A stretch of DNA of 64,000 bases from Alphaproteobacteria bacterium. GTDB lineage: Bacteria; Pseudomonadota; Alphaproteobacteria; JAAXGF01. The notes beneath the pieces are model-generated. The model made no database searches. It was not told where the DNA came from and saw nothing but the letters and a program-made list of their open reading frames with translations. The translations under genes and the position numbers were made by a program. The stretch covers positions 32,001 through 96,000 of the forward strand of contig CAUVXB020000002.1 in NCBI GenBank assembly GCA_963555825.3, in the 5' to 3' direction. Positions 62,897-64,000 of the stretch are shown piece by piece (within the stretch, counting starts at the first letter, position 1; each line of letters starts with the position of its first letter).

Positions 62897-63534
62897 GAGC
62901 CGCCTCCTTTGCTGGCGATCAATTGCTCGATGCCGATCCCGGCGGGGCGTTCCTCCAGCGGCACGCGCATGACCAGCACCTGGGCCAGCAGGTCCTGGCT
63001 GATGCGCCGCGATCCGGCCTCGAAGGTGACCAGAAGGGGAAACTCGATGGCCCAGCCGATGCGCCCCGCGAAATGCCGCGTATCGGTAATCACCGGCGCG
63101 CCCCGGGCCACCGCCGAGGCGACCTGGAGGTTGTCGCGCAGCCGGTCGAGGAACAGGCTGTCGTCGAGCCCGGCCAGAAACGATTCGTAGCCGCTATCGG
63201 TGAACTTGCCGCGGATGCCCGCAAGGCGCAGGCGCCAGTCGTGATGACCGAGCGTGAAGGCTTCGGTGACCGCCGCAACGGTCCAGTTGCGCAGCGCCGC
63301 ATCCGACATGATCGGCTCGTCGAGCCGCGTCAGCGGCACCAGCCGTCCATCGGGGGTCGCGGCGACGGTGATGTAGACCGTGGAATGAAAAAACACGTAA
63401 CCCGCGAAGGCCGCCGCCGTGAGCGCGTTGGTCACCAACAGCCAGGACGCGGCGCGGCGCCAGCCATGATGCTGGTCGCGCTGGAAGGCGAACTGCCGCG
63501 CCGCCTCGGCGATGGCCTGAACCCGGCTACTCAT
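62893..63534 (-). CDS. icmL: IcmL/DotI/TraM (VirB8-like)
   Basis: One TM helix, T.DGRL.PL..LD.P..SDA....W, FT..G...F...L, W....P..VT, G.GI.Q. Confidence 0.85.
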   Translation of the reverse strand: MSSRVQAIAEAARQFAFQRDQHHGWRRAASWLLVTNALTAAAFAGYVFFHSTVYITVAATPDGRLVPLTRLDEPIMSDAALRNWTVAAVTEAFTLGHHDWRLRLAGIRGKFTDSGYESFLAGLDDSLFLDRLRDNLQVASAVARGAPVITDTRHFAGRIGWAIEFPLLVTFEAGSRRISQDLLAQVLVMRVPLEERPAGIGIEQLIASKGGGS

Positions 63535-64000
63535 CGCCGAGTTCCCGCAGCCAGGCGCCGAGATCGGCGATATCGCCGACGCGGTGCGCGATACCGCCTT
63601 GCATGGCGCGGTATGCGATCAGCGGCACGGAACGCTCGCCCCAGGCATCGAAAAGGGCATTGTTGCCCGCGATACGCTCCCGGGCCTGCACGCCGGATGG
63701 ACCATCTGTCCGTGCGAACCAGGCTTGCGCCGGATTGGAACTTGCGGCGATCCCCGCCGCGCGGTGCGCCGAAGCCGCGCCCAACAGCGCCACCGGCACG
63801 ACATGCAGCCGCAGCTTGCCGGCCATCGCCTCGCGGCCGATCCGCGCCACGGCCGAGCGCGACCACGGGCACAGGGGATCGCCGAACAGGACGACCAACG
63901 GTCCGCGCTCGCCAAGGGTGAAACCGAAAGCGGACGCCGAACGCTCGAACAGAGCCGCCCGTGATACGCCGGTAGCCGTATCGGGCGTTACCGTCTCAGT
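63527..64000 (-). CDS. DsbC/DsbG-like thioredoxin-fold protein (5' end outside the window)
   Basis: GFTLG..G..VV.F.DP.CPWS, VPVA.LG..S, I..NN.L, VP; CxxS active site. Confidence 0.7.
   Translation of the reverse strand, partial: TETVTPDTATGVSRAALFERSASAFGFTLGERGPLVVLFGDPLCPWSRSAVARIGREAMAGKLRLHVVPVALLGAASAHRAAGIAASSNPAQAWFARTDGPSGVQARERIAGNNALFDAWGERSVPLIAYRAMQGGIAHRVGDIADLGAWLRELGDE

Noticed and set aside
49465-64000. Legionella-type effector-delivery (virulence) system
   Set aside because: No effectors or IcmS/IcmW adaptors are visible, and linkage to a relaxase, SSB and T4CP favours DNA conjugation.

Overview
GC-rich alphaproteobacterial DNA (inferred from the F1Fo zeta-subunit and 17-kDa-antigen genes) that is almost entirely mobilome. 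(1) 1-15.3 kb: two direct, slightly diverged copies of a zeta-subunit / hypothetical / umuD'-like / umuC module. They bracket an IS pile-up (IS1595, IS256, IS481 x4, IS630 x3) that carries a PfkB kinase + bifunctional IPCT/DIPPS cargo. (2) 16-39 kb: a co-oriented leading-region-like block of a conjugative element, containing a ParB-like protein that ends in an FtsZ-like C-terminal peptide, a GHKL ATPase, DUF2958, an AAA / DUF3150-like / VWA trio, a strawberry-notch MTase-helicase, small ORFs, SSB, a toprim gene split by a RIT element that carries its own toprim homologue, and DUF2493. (3) 39-44 kb: oriT region and a MOB-F relaxase-helicase. (4) 44-49 kb: IS debris and a PLD-like gene. (5) 49.5-64 kb: a minus-strand Dot/Icm-like (type IVB, MPF-I) transfer operon with a VirD4-type coupling protein, which runs off the right edge. 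Many genes carry 1-bp frameshifts that may be sequencing errors. All family calls come from motif recognition by eye; no searches were run.
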